A DNA stretch of 64,000 nucleotides from positions 82,708,001 through 82,772,000 of the forward strand of contig CM060732.1 in the NCBI GenBank assembly GCA_030704615.1, written 5' to 3'. Shown in pieces: positions 1 through 10,722 of this stretch. A model generated the notes under the pieces. It ran no database searches. It was given only the letters and a program-made list of their open reading frames with translations, and was not told the origin of the DNA. Each line of letters begins with the position of its first letter. Within the stretch, counting starts at the first letter, position 1. This stretch comes from Takakia lepidozioides. Its lineage: Eukaryota; Plantae; Bryophyta. The position numbers and the translations under genes are program-made.

Positions 1-593
1 ATTGAAACACGGCCTGCTAAGACCAAGCTCTCTCCCAAGAACCTTGTAAACATCAGGAAGAATACCAAATCATGGTACTAACAGAAGCCAACAGCCCACA
101 TTTACATGATGGACAAACTTCTTCACATCGTACATTAAGAAAAAGCCACACCTTGCGATTGCGGTTGTCGCACCATCGTGAAGGATCTTTACAAAATTCA
201 TGCCTGCTCTGCTCCATGCTGCAAATTCAGGGCCGAGTCTGATGAGCGGGCAAAACAGGCTGAAAGACGTCGAAGAAGGTGCCCTCACCACATTGTCCTC
301 GACCTTGTGTCATGACCCATCGAGGATTTGACTGACCACCTCTTGTGTGTGCGCTTGTGTCTGTAGTCAGGTAATGTCGGATTGGTCTGCGAGAGGAGAA
401 AGAAACCACCACGATGCAGCTGAGCGGGCGGAGATTGAAACACGGCCTGCTAAGACCAAGCCGACTCTCCCAAGAACCTTGTAAGCATCAGGAAGAATAC
501 CAAATCATGGTACTAAGAGCCCACATTTGCAGGATGGACAAACATCTTCACATCGTACATTAAGAAAAGCCACACCTTGCGATTGTGGTTGTC
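1..593. repeat. Direct repeat, ~160-170 bp copies at 1 and 434 (period ~433 bp)
   Basis: ATTGAAACACGGCCTGCTAAGACCAAG...CCACACCTTGCGATTG occurs at 1-170 and 434-593 with small indels. Confidence 0.85.
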
Positions 594-778
594 CACCCAA
601 GCTATTGCATATCCTGCAGATCCTCCCACGCAAACACAGCAAAACGATCAAGTCCCATAATTTACTCATCGCTGGACGCAATCCCGCACCCTAAATCCAT
701 TTGAATTATTTGGATGAATGTATCGTAGATGGATGGATTTTGGGTTTTCCATCAATCTATCCATCCATCCATTTAATT

Positions 779-1023
779 TTCCGTTCATCCAACAGTTGCC
801 AGCAAGGCGTTTGCTTTATCGTTCATTCATACGTTCATCCAGTGCACACAAATTATATTTCATACGTTCATCCAATAGCTGCCAGCAAGGCGTTTGTTTA
901 TCATTCGTTCAGATAATTCAGTTGTTCTGTTTCACTAACCTTTCATACGTTCATCCAATAGCTGCCAGCAAGGCGTTTGTTTATCATTCGTTCAGATAAT
1001 TCAGTTGTTTTGTTTCACTAACC
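779..1023. repeat. Tandem repeat, 83-bp unit (two full copies plus a partial)
   Basis: TTTCATACGTTCATCCAATAGCTGCCAGCAAGGCG...CACTAACC starts at 858 and 941; partial copy at ~779-815. Confidence 0.85.
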
Positions 1024-1388
1024 TTAACCAGCACACGATTAATTTACTATTAATGTGTTGGGTCAGTGAAAAAATAGTTAAATGTTTTTACTTCTTATTA
1101 TCCACGTATATATTGCTATATATAGTTTATATATTTTGATTACACATGCCATTGCTTAACTGGTTGTCTCAGTCAGCTCATTTTAGGTAGTCAAAATCTC
1201 TCACTACATTCAAAAATTTTGCGGTTGTCTAGCACCTCGAATATTTTAATATAATTTTTGACTGCAAAATGGTTGGAACAGTCGAAAGTGAAAACAGTCA
1301 ACGCCAGCGTCAAACTAAATCGTCGAAATTACATAGGGTGTGTTGTAGTGAATCTACTATGTGGGTTGCCTGGTAGGTGTAGAAATTA

Positions 1389-2238
1389 GTGACCGAGGAC
1401 TTGCGAGATCGGAAAATGAAGCTACAAACAGGGATCAATTGGTCCACAAAAGGAGAAAAAATGACAAAGTACTTCTTTGATAAAAACAGGCTGCGTAGGG
1501 CATCCCAGAACATCTCGGAACTCATTGACCAATCCTCCGGGGGGTCTGCATCATCCCCTAGGTCTCTGGCGGACATGGCAGCCTCTCATTTTTTATCCCT
1601 CTTCACCTCATACCTCCCCGATCTCTCCCTATCCAACCTACAATTTCAATGCCTCTCCCACACATTGCAAAACAACAAATCTCCTGGAATTGATGGTCTA
1701 TCAGTGGAATTCTACTAAGCTCTTTGGACCGACATCTCCCAAAATTTTACTGACATGGCAAACCATCTCTTCTCCATGCAATCCATGCTGCCTTGTATGT
1801 CCCAAGGGGTCATCACCCTCATCTTCAAAAATGGGGACAAATCTAATGTTTCCAATTACAGGCCCATCACGCTCCTCAAAGTCGCATACAAAATAATAGC
1901 AAAAGCTCTGGCTATGAGACTACAGCCCCTGTTGCCCTCTCTAATTAGACCCAACCAATCTGGCTTCATAAAGGGTAGATACATTCTGGACAACCTCATG
2001 TAGTTGGCCCAAGAGATTCCGTTCTTTGCAAACCAGACCTCCCAAGCCATAGCCCTTCTCTCCTGACTTGAGAAAAGCGTTTGATAGAGTAGAATGGTCC
2101 TTCCTTCTGGGAGTTTTGTCCAAAATTGGCTTCCCAGAGTCCTTTTGCCAATGGGTTAAGATTTTGCTCCTCTCTTCCACAAGCAGAGTTATTATAAACG
2201 GAGCACTCTCCAAACCCTTTGAGCTCCATAGATCTATG
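1389..2238 (+). pseudogene. LINE (L1-like) ORF2 linker and N-terminal reverse transcriptase fragment
   Basis: Motifs WSTKGEKMTKYFF, KSPGIDGLSVEFY, GVITLIFKNGD, NYRPITLL, NQSGFIKGRYILDN, KAFDRVEW; stops and frameshifts; ends just before the QG motif. Confidence 0.9.
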
Positions 2239-3267
2239 TTGTGTCTAGCTTCCTGGTAAGTTCTGAAGGTAGCGTCATCGCACCGGGTTGATTCATGCGG
2301 GCCTGGCAGATCTTGAGGCATTTGGTAAGGGCTTTAACCTTCCTTTTGCGGGCTTCTGCCATGTCTTGACTGAGCTTTTGACTGACAACGTTGACAGCTT
2401 TGAGTTTGGCCAAGAATCTGTCAGTTGGGCTTTGGGTTGGAGTTCCTGCCTGAAACCAAGCTAATTGGAGGGCCTGCTTGAAGACATGTGACTTTTGGAG
2501 AAGGTTGTTAAGTTTGAAAATACCCCTACCCCTGCGCTGGTGGATTCCACCAAGTTATGGTTTTGAGTTCCCGAGAGCCATTGGGCCATTTCTACCGTGT
2601 TAGGGTTGAAGTTCCCAGCGCCTCGCTGTATTTCATACGATTCCACCATGTTAAAGTCTCCACCCGGGATCCAACTGTCTATATTAGGCTCGTCTTCCAT
2701 TTTAGAATTAAGGATCTACCAAAATTCCGTCCTTTCCAAGGGACAGTTAGGGGCATAGATGTTGACAAAACCCACGGTTCCTATGTTCTCAGGGAGCTTG
2801 AGGGCACAAAATTGCAATCTCCCCGACACCCATGTGGCTTCAGATACAAGAAGGGGTAAGAGGGAAGGGGATATGAGAATGGATGTACCTCCCCTCGAGG
2901 CATGGGACGTAGCTTTCCAAAGGGCTGAGGATAGGGGCCATAGATGGTCAGAGAGCGCTGCTATTTTTTGATGATCTAGCTTGTGTTCTTGGAGAAATAT
3001 GACAGAGTCTTTTTGCAGTAGTGGGGAGAGCCCATTTTTGATTCTGACCCTCTTTAGGGAAGCTGGGTCCGAACCCATGCCTCTGATGTTCCAGGAGTGT
3101 AGATCAATCCGCATCCGAAGGTGGCTGAAGGCAGAGAGTGGGGTCTCTATTGATGGCCTAGGGTCGTGGAACTGGAATTTGACACGGTGGTCCCTGGGGA
3201 GGAGTGATTTTACCCAGAGATGGTTGGGGGGAGGCACCCTAACAATTATAAACTTAGCGAGGTCCAC
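2227..3267 (-). pseudogene. LINE AP-endonuclease fragment (inverted relative to the RT fragment)
   Basis: SWNIRG, FLQEHKL, SRGGTSIL, NIYAPN and GGDFN motifs of the APE domain. Confidence 0.9.
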
Positions 3268-3479
3268 TAGATGGAAAGTGACATTTACACATTAATTTAA
3301 ATTTTAAAAAAAGGAAAAAAGGTCCGTTTGTCTAGAATTGGATGTCCTAGCAGCGTGCAATTCTTTTTTAATTGATAAACATTTTGAATGCAAAGAGTAG
3401 TGTCTTGAGGTTGTTGTTCAATATAAAGCTGAATAGTATGTAGTGCGGCATTAACTTCTGAAAATAATATTGCGGACTT

Positions 3480-4160
3480 TGTGGAATTAAAATTTTATCT
3501 TCGTCGTGCTTCTTGACTTCTTCCGCTGGACCAACCATGTCCTAAATCTCATCATCGTTTGGTTGAAATGGCTCGTTTAAATCAAACTGAGCCTCAAAAT
3601 TAAGAAACTCCAAGGCATCCATGGTCGGAGCCTCAACATCATGAAGGACGGAAAGCTCAGCGAACTGATGCAAAAGTCCCTCAATTTCATCCAACTCTAC
3701 ATTTGTACTTGATCTGGAAGCATCACCAATCTCCGTTCAGGTTCGGCATTTGAAAACAAACCACAATGCCTCCAACAATGCCTAATGGTATCACAACTTA
3801 CATGGATGTGCCATGCTTGCTCAACCATCTGGACAGCTTGGTACACATCAACCGTGGGAGCTATATCGGCCATTAAACTCTCAATTTGATGATGAATAAA
3901 AAGCTTTTTGTAATGAGCTTTGAAACATCTTATGATTCCTGCATCCATAGGTTGCTACTTACTCGTTGTATTGGGAGACAACATCACTATGGTTGTGATC
4001 CTTATTTGCTTGGAAATGTTGACAACCTTGTGACCAGAAAAATTGTCAAGTAGAAGTAACACCTTCTCTTTTCCAGCAAGCCGCATTCATCGCTCAAAAT
4101 CCAATAAGAACTTCTCAAACAATAAAATTGTCATCCATGCCTTTTGGTTTGCAGCCAACA
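3480..4160 (-). pseudogene. pogo/Tigger-type DDE_1 transposase remnant
   Basis: NQKAWMT, LLLLDNFSGH, PNTTS, PMDAGIIRCFKAHY and TIRHCWRHCG motifs; a likely matching terminus (...GAGGATCGACTG|TA) lies at 20852 beyond the CACTA insertion. Confidence 0.85.
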
Positions 4161-5964
4161 TAATACCCAAAATTCGAAGGTCGGTTCGTTCACTTTTGCA
4201 TAAATCTTTATGAAGAGTGCATGAAGTTGAAAATAACTCAACTTTGGAGTGCAAACGAGGAAAGAAAATATGGTTTGGGTCCAAATGACTTTTGTTCACT
4301 CCCAAATTTTGCACGCACATTGCATATGATGTCATTAAACATATGGATTGAGAATGGATTGAGAAAAAAAAATCATGTGCAGGCGAAACGCAGTTTTCCG
4401 TCGCTATGATTGAACCCTACTAAGGCACTTCCAGTTGAAAGTACGAAGACTACATAGTAATTAAATTAATCTAAGTGTTTACAACAACAAACCCAAGAAG
4501 GAAGTACTCTATATTTTTTGAAGCATGCGCATTTCAACCTTTTTGACCTTACAGCAAAATCTAAGCCTATAGCGGACCTCAACTTCAAGGGACACACACA
4601 CTTCCCAAGATATTCAATCCATCTCACAACGAAACAGTTTTGACAGGAACAACTATAACAAAAATGTTTTTTCTCCTCTATAGATATACGCTCATAGTGT
4701 GCCCAGATCCAGGAAGGAGCCATATGCAAGGTTTGATAAACGAAATTAATGGTCATAATCACTGTACCTACCAAAAGAGGTGTTCATTTCCACCAACTAA
4801 TTCACTACAACAGATGAGCGTTTTTATGACTTCACATATGACTATTTTTTCAGTCTTATATGCGTTCATGACTACATCCTCTGTATGTAGTGAAAAAAAG
4901 CCTGTCATAGCGACTAGTCTTTAGGACTGCGTTTTGCAAGTCATATCCGTGACTGCTTGCGTAGCACCTAGAGTCATGTTGCAGAGAGGGTTGCAGTCAC
5001 AACTATATGACTAATATATGACTACATTGTCTGTTGAGCGCTACCTACATGGAGAGGCTTCAGCGGGACACGTGCGCCACTGCACAAGCGACACATCATG
5101 CATTCGTCAGGGGATCATATGACTATATGTCTGCAAAGTGATGCCTGCATGGAGAGGCGACGAATGGACACGTGCGCCACTGCGAATTTGACATGTCACG
5201 ACTTCTTGCCATGATCATATGACTACATGTCTGCACAGTGATGTTCTACATGGAGAGGCGCTAGCGGGACACGTGTGCTATGGCAGATTTCACACGTGGT
5301 GACTACATGACTCGCTCATATGACTACAGGGATATCTACATAGAGAGTTGTTAGCGGGACACCTGTTGCACTTGAGATGTGATATGTGGCACACAGAGAA
5401 AATATATGACTAGCATATATGACTACGGATCTTTACACGTGGTGAAAATATATATAAAGAATGTCGTGTCATATACTGCCACGTGTTCTGGTTTGAGCAA
5501 GAGTGATGCCACGTGTCATCAAGATTGTTTTCCGAAATAGTTTATATTTTTAATGTTATATTTTATTTTTAGTTTCATTTAATATTTAAAAGAACAGGGA
5601 GATTGCAGCCTTGGATTTTTTTTTTTAAAATGGTATATTTTTAATATTATTATTTAAAATAAAAGGAATTAAATGATTAAATTCTTCATTACATGGTGAA
5701 ATTCCAACATGAAAACAGAATGGATCCCTCCTGCATACTATCAACCACAAGGAGAATGAAAATAGTCAACTACAGGGCAATACAAGCCCTATAAATCACA
5801 TTACAAAAATCCAAATGAGACCAATGTCCCAATGGACACCTCAAAAGCCACAAGGTCAAAAAATCCATGCCTCACAAGCAAGCCCACACATGGGCTGAAT
5901 TGTTGTAGTTAGTATGTTCTAGTGCTATTAGAATCAAGAACTCTGTTAAACAGTGCAATACTGA

Positions 5965-8900
5965 CTATCCCTTCCGCAGCTCCATAAGTTTCAGTAACTT
6001 TAGACTCCAAAGTGTTGTCTGGCCAACCACCTGCCCCAACTCGGTATGTTTCCTAACACCATTCACATATGGTAGAGGGGTGTTACTGACACATGCCTCT
6101 TTGATGACACACAGGCATAATCAAGGGGCACAGCAGGGTACCAGTAACCCACCACAGCACCTTAAAGAGCAACAATCAGCCCTACTCCACATTTCTTGCG
6201 TTTGGAGTTCACATCCAAACAGCCGAACCTCGTCACCCACCCTGAACTGTGATCCCAACTCCACAAAAAAAGAACACGATGTGAAAACCCATGACATACA
6301 CACGACTATGACACTTAACATTTGCGAATTAAAGAGAGCCCCAAGGTTGGAAAAAATAAAACAAACAAGACAAGGGCCTGGACTTACTCCATTTGCAGTC
6401 TCCAGTGGTTGTGAGACCTCTTTTGGGGGGCTACTCGCCGGGTCGACACTCTTGCCTCTGGTCTGTACCGGCTTGTCGACAATATCACCTTTGTTTGTCA
6501 CAAGTTCATGTGTCACAGACCAGAGAACAACCAGGAAAGCAATGAGCAAACAGGAATAGTGAATAGAAACAAAATCCAAGTATGAATCAAACAAAAAAGC
6601 CAACATGAAAACCTGCAAAGAAAACCTAGCATTAATCAAGCAACCGAGGAGAAGCATCCAGGAAAGCAATGCAATGAATGAACCCACAAAAATTGTAGCC
6701 TCTGGAGCACTGTCAGAATATTTGTACCTTCACAGTAGCAGTGTTGTATGGTTGTTGTCCGAAAAACAGGCTGAGACTCCAAAAACTCGGGAATACTGGC
6801 AGCTTTCGATGTTTCCACAAGAAAGGCCACAACACCTCTGTTACATACTCATCAGTTGGTGAATCTGGTTGCACTTCCATGGCTCTGGAAAAATCCCACT
6901 GAAGGGAGGATTGTTTGCCGCCTTTCTTGGTGTGTCGTCAACAAGAACAGTGTCATCATAAGTCCATTCTGGCCAGTCTGCCCACACTCTAGACAAGTTT
7001 TTGAAATATAATGGCTTTGAATCAGACCCCTTACAGCATGGGAGGACTGGATCCTCGTCACAGTGAAGGGCATCCCACTGGAAAACCAGCTTAGTGTGGG
7101 CTGCAAAAATATAGTCCACCATTGGGAAGAAGTTGCGAGCTTGGCAACAAGACCACACCGCCACCTCAAAGTGTTCAAAACACTTTTGCAAAAAGTCATA
7201 ACAGCGTGGTCTCAAAACTACCATCTTCTTGCCACACATCTTCCCTACAAAACCTTTGGGAAGGGATGCAGGCCCATTAGCAGAATGAAAAGATTCACAT
7301 AACAGACCATTTAAGTCCAGAATTAGTAAATGCTTCCTCGTTGGTCCAGGAAGTAAACTGTCATTTGGCTTCAACATGTGAGCAGGAGAAATTAAAGCAA
7401 CCTGCTTGTTTGTTTGTCCCCGTCTGCATCTTCCTCCCCATTAAACTCCCACATACCTGCATACCAGAATCCGATGTGCCCGGCGGCTCTGTCACCATTG
7501 CCCCTGGACTGCTACTGCCTTTGTATGTGGCAAGGGCTGAATTTCCACGTGTACCTCACAGCTGGCCTTCCCTGTATCCTGCCGCTGCTTGGTCAAATTC
7601 AAAAGATCATCAGTGATAGGAAGACATAAGGGCTTAGAGTGAGCACCAATTACCGTCTGAAATTGGGATTCCAAACATTTTGATACTGTCACAGCAGACA
7701 TCCATCGTAGATGTCACAGGTCCTGCGCCTGGTAGATTAATCCCCAATCTGCTCACAATGGCTTTCTGGTGCTCAATCATACTCTGCATCTGTAATTTTA
7801 ATTCTGCCATGTCACGTCCTTGTGATTCCACCAGTTTGTCCAAGCCATCCATCCTGCCAACTACTGTAGAATATGCGAGACTTCCCTCCTGCCAATCCAT
7901 GAAAACTTGCCCAAGTATGAATCAAACAAAAAAAACCTAGCATGAACAACCATTGGAAAGAAAACCCAGGCCAAAAGCCTTGAAAAAAACCCTAGCAACC
8001 TATGATGCAGCAACCACTCTAGCAAACGTGGAAAACACACTTACCCGCCTGTCACTCCCAGCTGACAACCGTGACACTGAACCCTCTTGAATTTCATATA
8101 ATGTAGGAGGGCACCCTGATAGTGTTTCCTACAAATTAATCCATGCCACAATCAAACCCATGCCACAAGTCAGTAAGCAATGTGAGGGCTGACTATATAC
8201 ACATAGCAATTCAATGAGGAACAAAATACAGAGTCCTGATGATGCCACTTACCAAGCGTGCTTCCACCATTGCCTTCCCACCACGGCCAGTCTTGGTAGG
8301 ATTCTGAATTGCACCATTTGCCTTCTTGATGTTGCCCGACACTTTGTGGAACACCTCTGTCTGCCAGTAACTTACAAGCTTGTTCCATACCTCGTCAGAT
8401 ACAGTAATGGGTTTCCCCTTACCACGCAGTGTGTGCTTCATAACGCTGGCTCTTCATTATTCTGCCAATTGTTTGTTTTAGGTGGAAGTCTTTTAACTTG
8501 TGTGGCGTATATGAAAATAGCTTAGCCAGGTGATCTCTGATTTCGTATACAACTTCATCAGGTTGGTTGTTGATGGCAAGGGAACAATCTAGCTTGCGAT
8601 AAGCCTGTCCTTTAAGGGCAGCGTGCCATACATTCCGGGTCTGACCATACGGGGCTCCTTTGAGGTTCGTCAAATCACCGTGGGAGGAAGACCTACAACT
8701 ATTCTCTCTTCCTTCACCTTGGCAGCTTCAATTTGGCTGAGCTATTAGCCCTCCTTAAAGCATTGGTTCTATCATTCTTTGAAACGGCACCCTCCCTCCT
8801 TCAGAGACCTCCGTGCGCTCAGGAGAATTCAAAGCAGGATCCTGCCAAGTAGGGACTGGTGGCCATGGCTGTTGGCCAGAAGGCCGAGGACCATACTGGC

Positions 8901-10538
8901 CATACTGTCCATAAGCAGGAGGATTTCCGGTGGCCTGCCACCCCCATAGCTATTAGGGGGTGGCAAATATGGTGGAGGAGGATACTGGCCATACTGCCCA
9001 TATGGAGGAGCACCATTTTGACCCTGACCATACTGAGTGCCAGACTGTGGGTACTGAGGCATACCATAATAAGGTGGGGGTACTGGTGGCACAGAACCCA
9101 CAACGATGGGAGAGTTAGGGCCACCTCCTGCGTTCTTGTGGGCGCCATCTCCATTGCTAGCAGCAGGGATCGTGGATCCAGTGCGCTTGTGCTTGCCCTG
9201 AAAAGAAATTCCCCCAGTACAATGTGGGTGATTACACATACATATAGGCAGCAAGCAGCAAATCCTTGAATTCAATATAACAAACTGGAAGCACATATCA
9301 TTTGTAAAGACAAGATTACCCAAAACTCAGTATGATCTTGGCAGTAAATCTCCCAAATTTGATTGGCCCCAATGATGTCCTCCCAGTACATTTTTGAACC
9401 CTCTTAGGTATGGTTGTTCCTGAAATCCGTAGCAAGAATTCAAATGGACAAACCTGATGAGTCCATGAGAAGTATCCCTCCAAGTTTTATTGATATTCTG
9501 GGTGCATAAGTACCCAAGTATCTCTATAAGTAGCCATTATAGCTTAATACCAGGACGTTGGTTTCATGGGGCAAAGAATTTGAACACACCTGAAGTCTAC
9601 ATTGGCCTGACATCATGCCTTTGGCACTTCAACTTGTCTAGTGGAAATCATTTGTGATTGTGCCTTGGCTGACCTCTGCATTGTCCAACTTCCCTGTCTT
9701 GACAGACATACCCTATCTCTTCATGATCTTACCATACCCTATCTCTTCGTGATTTTCCAAAAACATACATAATTTGAATCATGGTCATTGTAAAGAACTA
9801 TAACTCACAGACGGAGAAGGTGTTTGTAGTGTAGATGATGGGCATTTTTGTCCTTCGACATGAGCATGGGCATGTTCTCCTCGGCTTGCCGTGGCATCCG
9901 CCGACGACGCACTCGCCTCGCACTGGCGTGGGAGGAGTGGATCGTCCTCATCGTCCTCAGAAGAGTCCTCATGCAGAATCGTAGTCTTCATCGTCTTCAG
10001 TCTGGCACTTTGCCTTGCAGGACCTGATCCCTAGCTTTTTCCTTCGGAGCGCGTGGCTTGCGAGGGCAATTCGCTCCCGCAAGCCTGCACAAACACCTCC
10101 ATGACCTCCCTCTCAAACAATCACAAACAAATGCAAGCATACATACCCTAATACTCTTAAGCCTACGCTAAACCACAGCCGCACCCTACCAAGACATAAT
10201 GGCTGCCCACGAATGACGGCGGACATCTCCCGCCTAATGACACACCCTCCTCAAACCTAATCGTCACTCACTGCATGTTGTTTGCCTCTCCGTTTGTACA
10301 AGTCGCAGCTACTCGCCCCCATTTGTGCTATGAAGCTTATGATCGATGTAGGAAGGTTAGAGGATAAGGCGAATTGCAAGTTTAGTGGGTGGGTATCCAA
10401 AGTCAGGAACTAAACTCACCCATCTATCGACTGCTTGAACGTTGCTTCCACCTCCTTTATGGCAGCAATCCGGCGCTCTTGGAACTTCTCGTACTCAGTG
10501 AGAGGGACTGTCACTTCAAAGACCTTCCGCTTCACCAT
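5965..10538 (-). pseudogene. CACTA TnpA-like multi-exon gene (Ptta/En-Spm domain, FCP1-like domain, C-terminal Tnp1-like domain)
   Basis: First exon MVKRKVFEVTVPLTEYEKFQERRI (10538-10417, GTGAG donor); RGKGKPITVSDEVWNKLVSYWQ..KTGRGGKAMVEARL (8250-8430); coiled coil 7700-7900; terminal VIKEACVSNTPLPY..LGQVVGQTTLW (5965-6110); frameshifted. Confidence 0.7.
6700..7377 (-). CDS. FCP1/NIF-type HAD-superfamily phosphatase domain within the CACTA TnpA-like locus
   Basis: LLILDLNGLL, LRPRCYDFL..FEVAVWS, KPLYFKNLSRVW, DTVLVDDTPRKAANNPP..IFP; homology continues out of frame (SIPEFLESQP..FGQQP) to ~6700. Confidence 0.85.
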
Positions 10539-10722
10539 GGACACTCAAAAACGATACTTATAGTATACTATAGATATAGAAATAGCACATTGGCAGCTGG
10601 TGCAAAACAAGAGACAATGCACTGTGCGTAGCATGCAAAGAGGGAAGGGGTGACGTTCAAAGCATGTACAGTGCAGGTGGCGACCGGATGCGTAGCGTAG
10701 AATAGATGACCGTCTATGGCGA

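Noticed and set aside
1202-1350. CACTAC...GTAGTG mini-CACTA
   Set aside because: Flanking triplets (TCT vs AAT) do not match and there are no subterminal repeats
5020-5430. Regularly spaced repeats resembling a CRISPR array
   Set aside because: Eukaryotic context; the 'spacers' are mutually homologous; these are CACTA subterminal repeats
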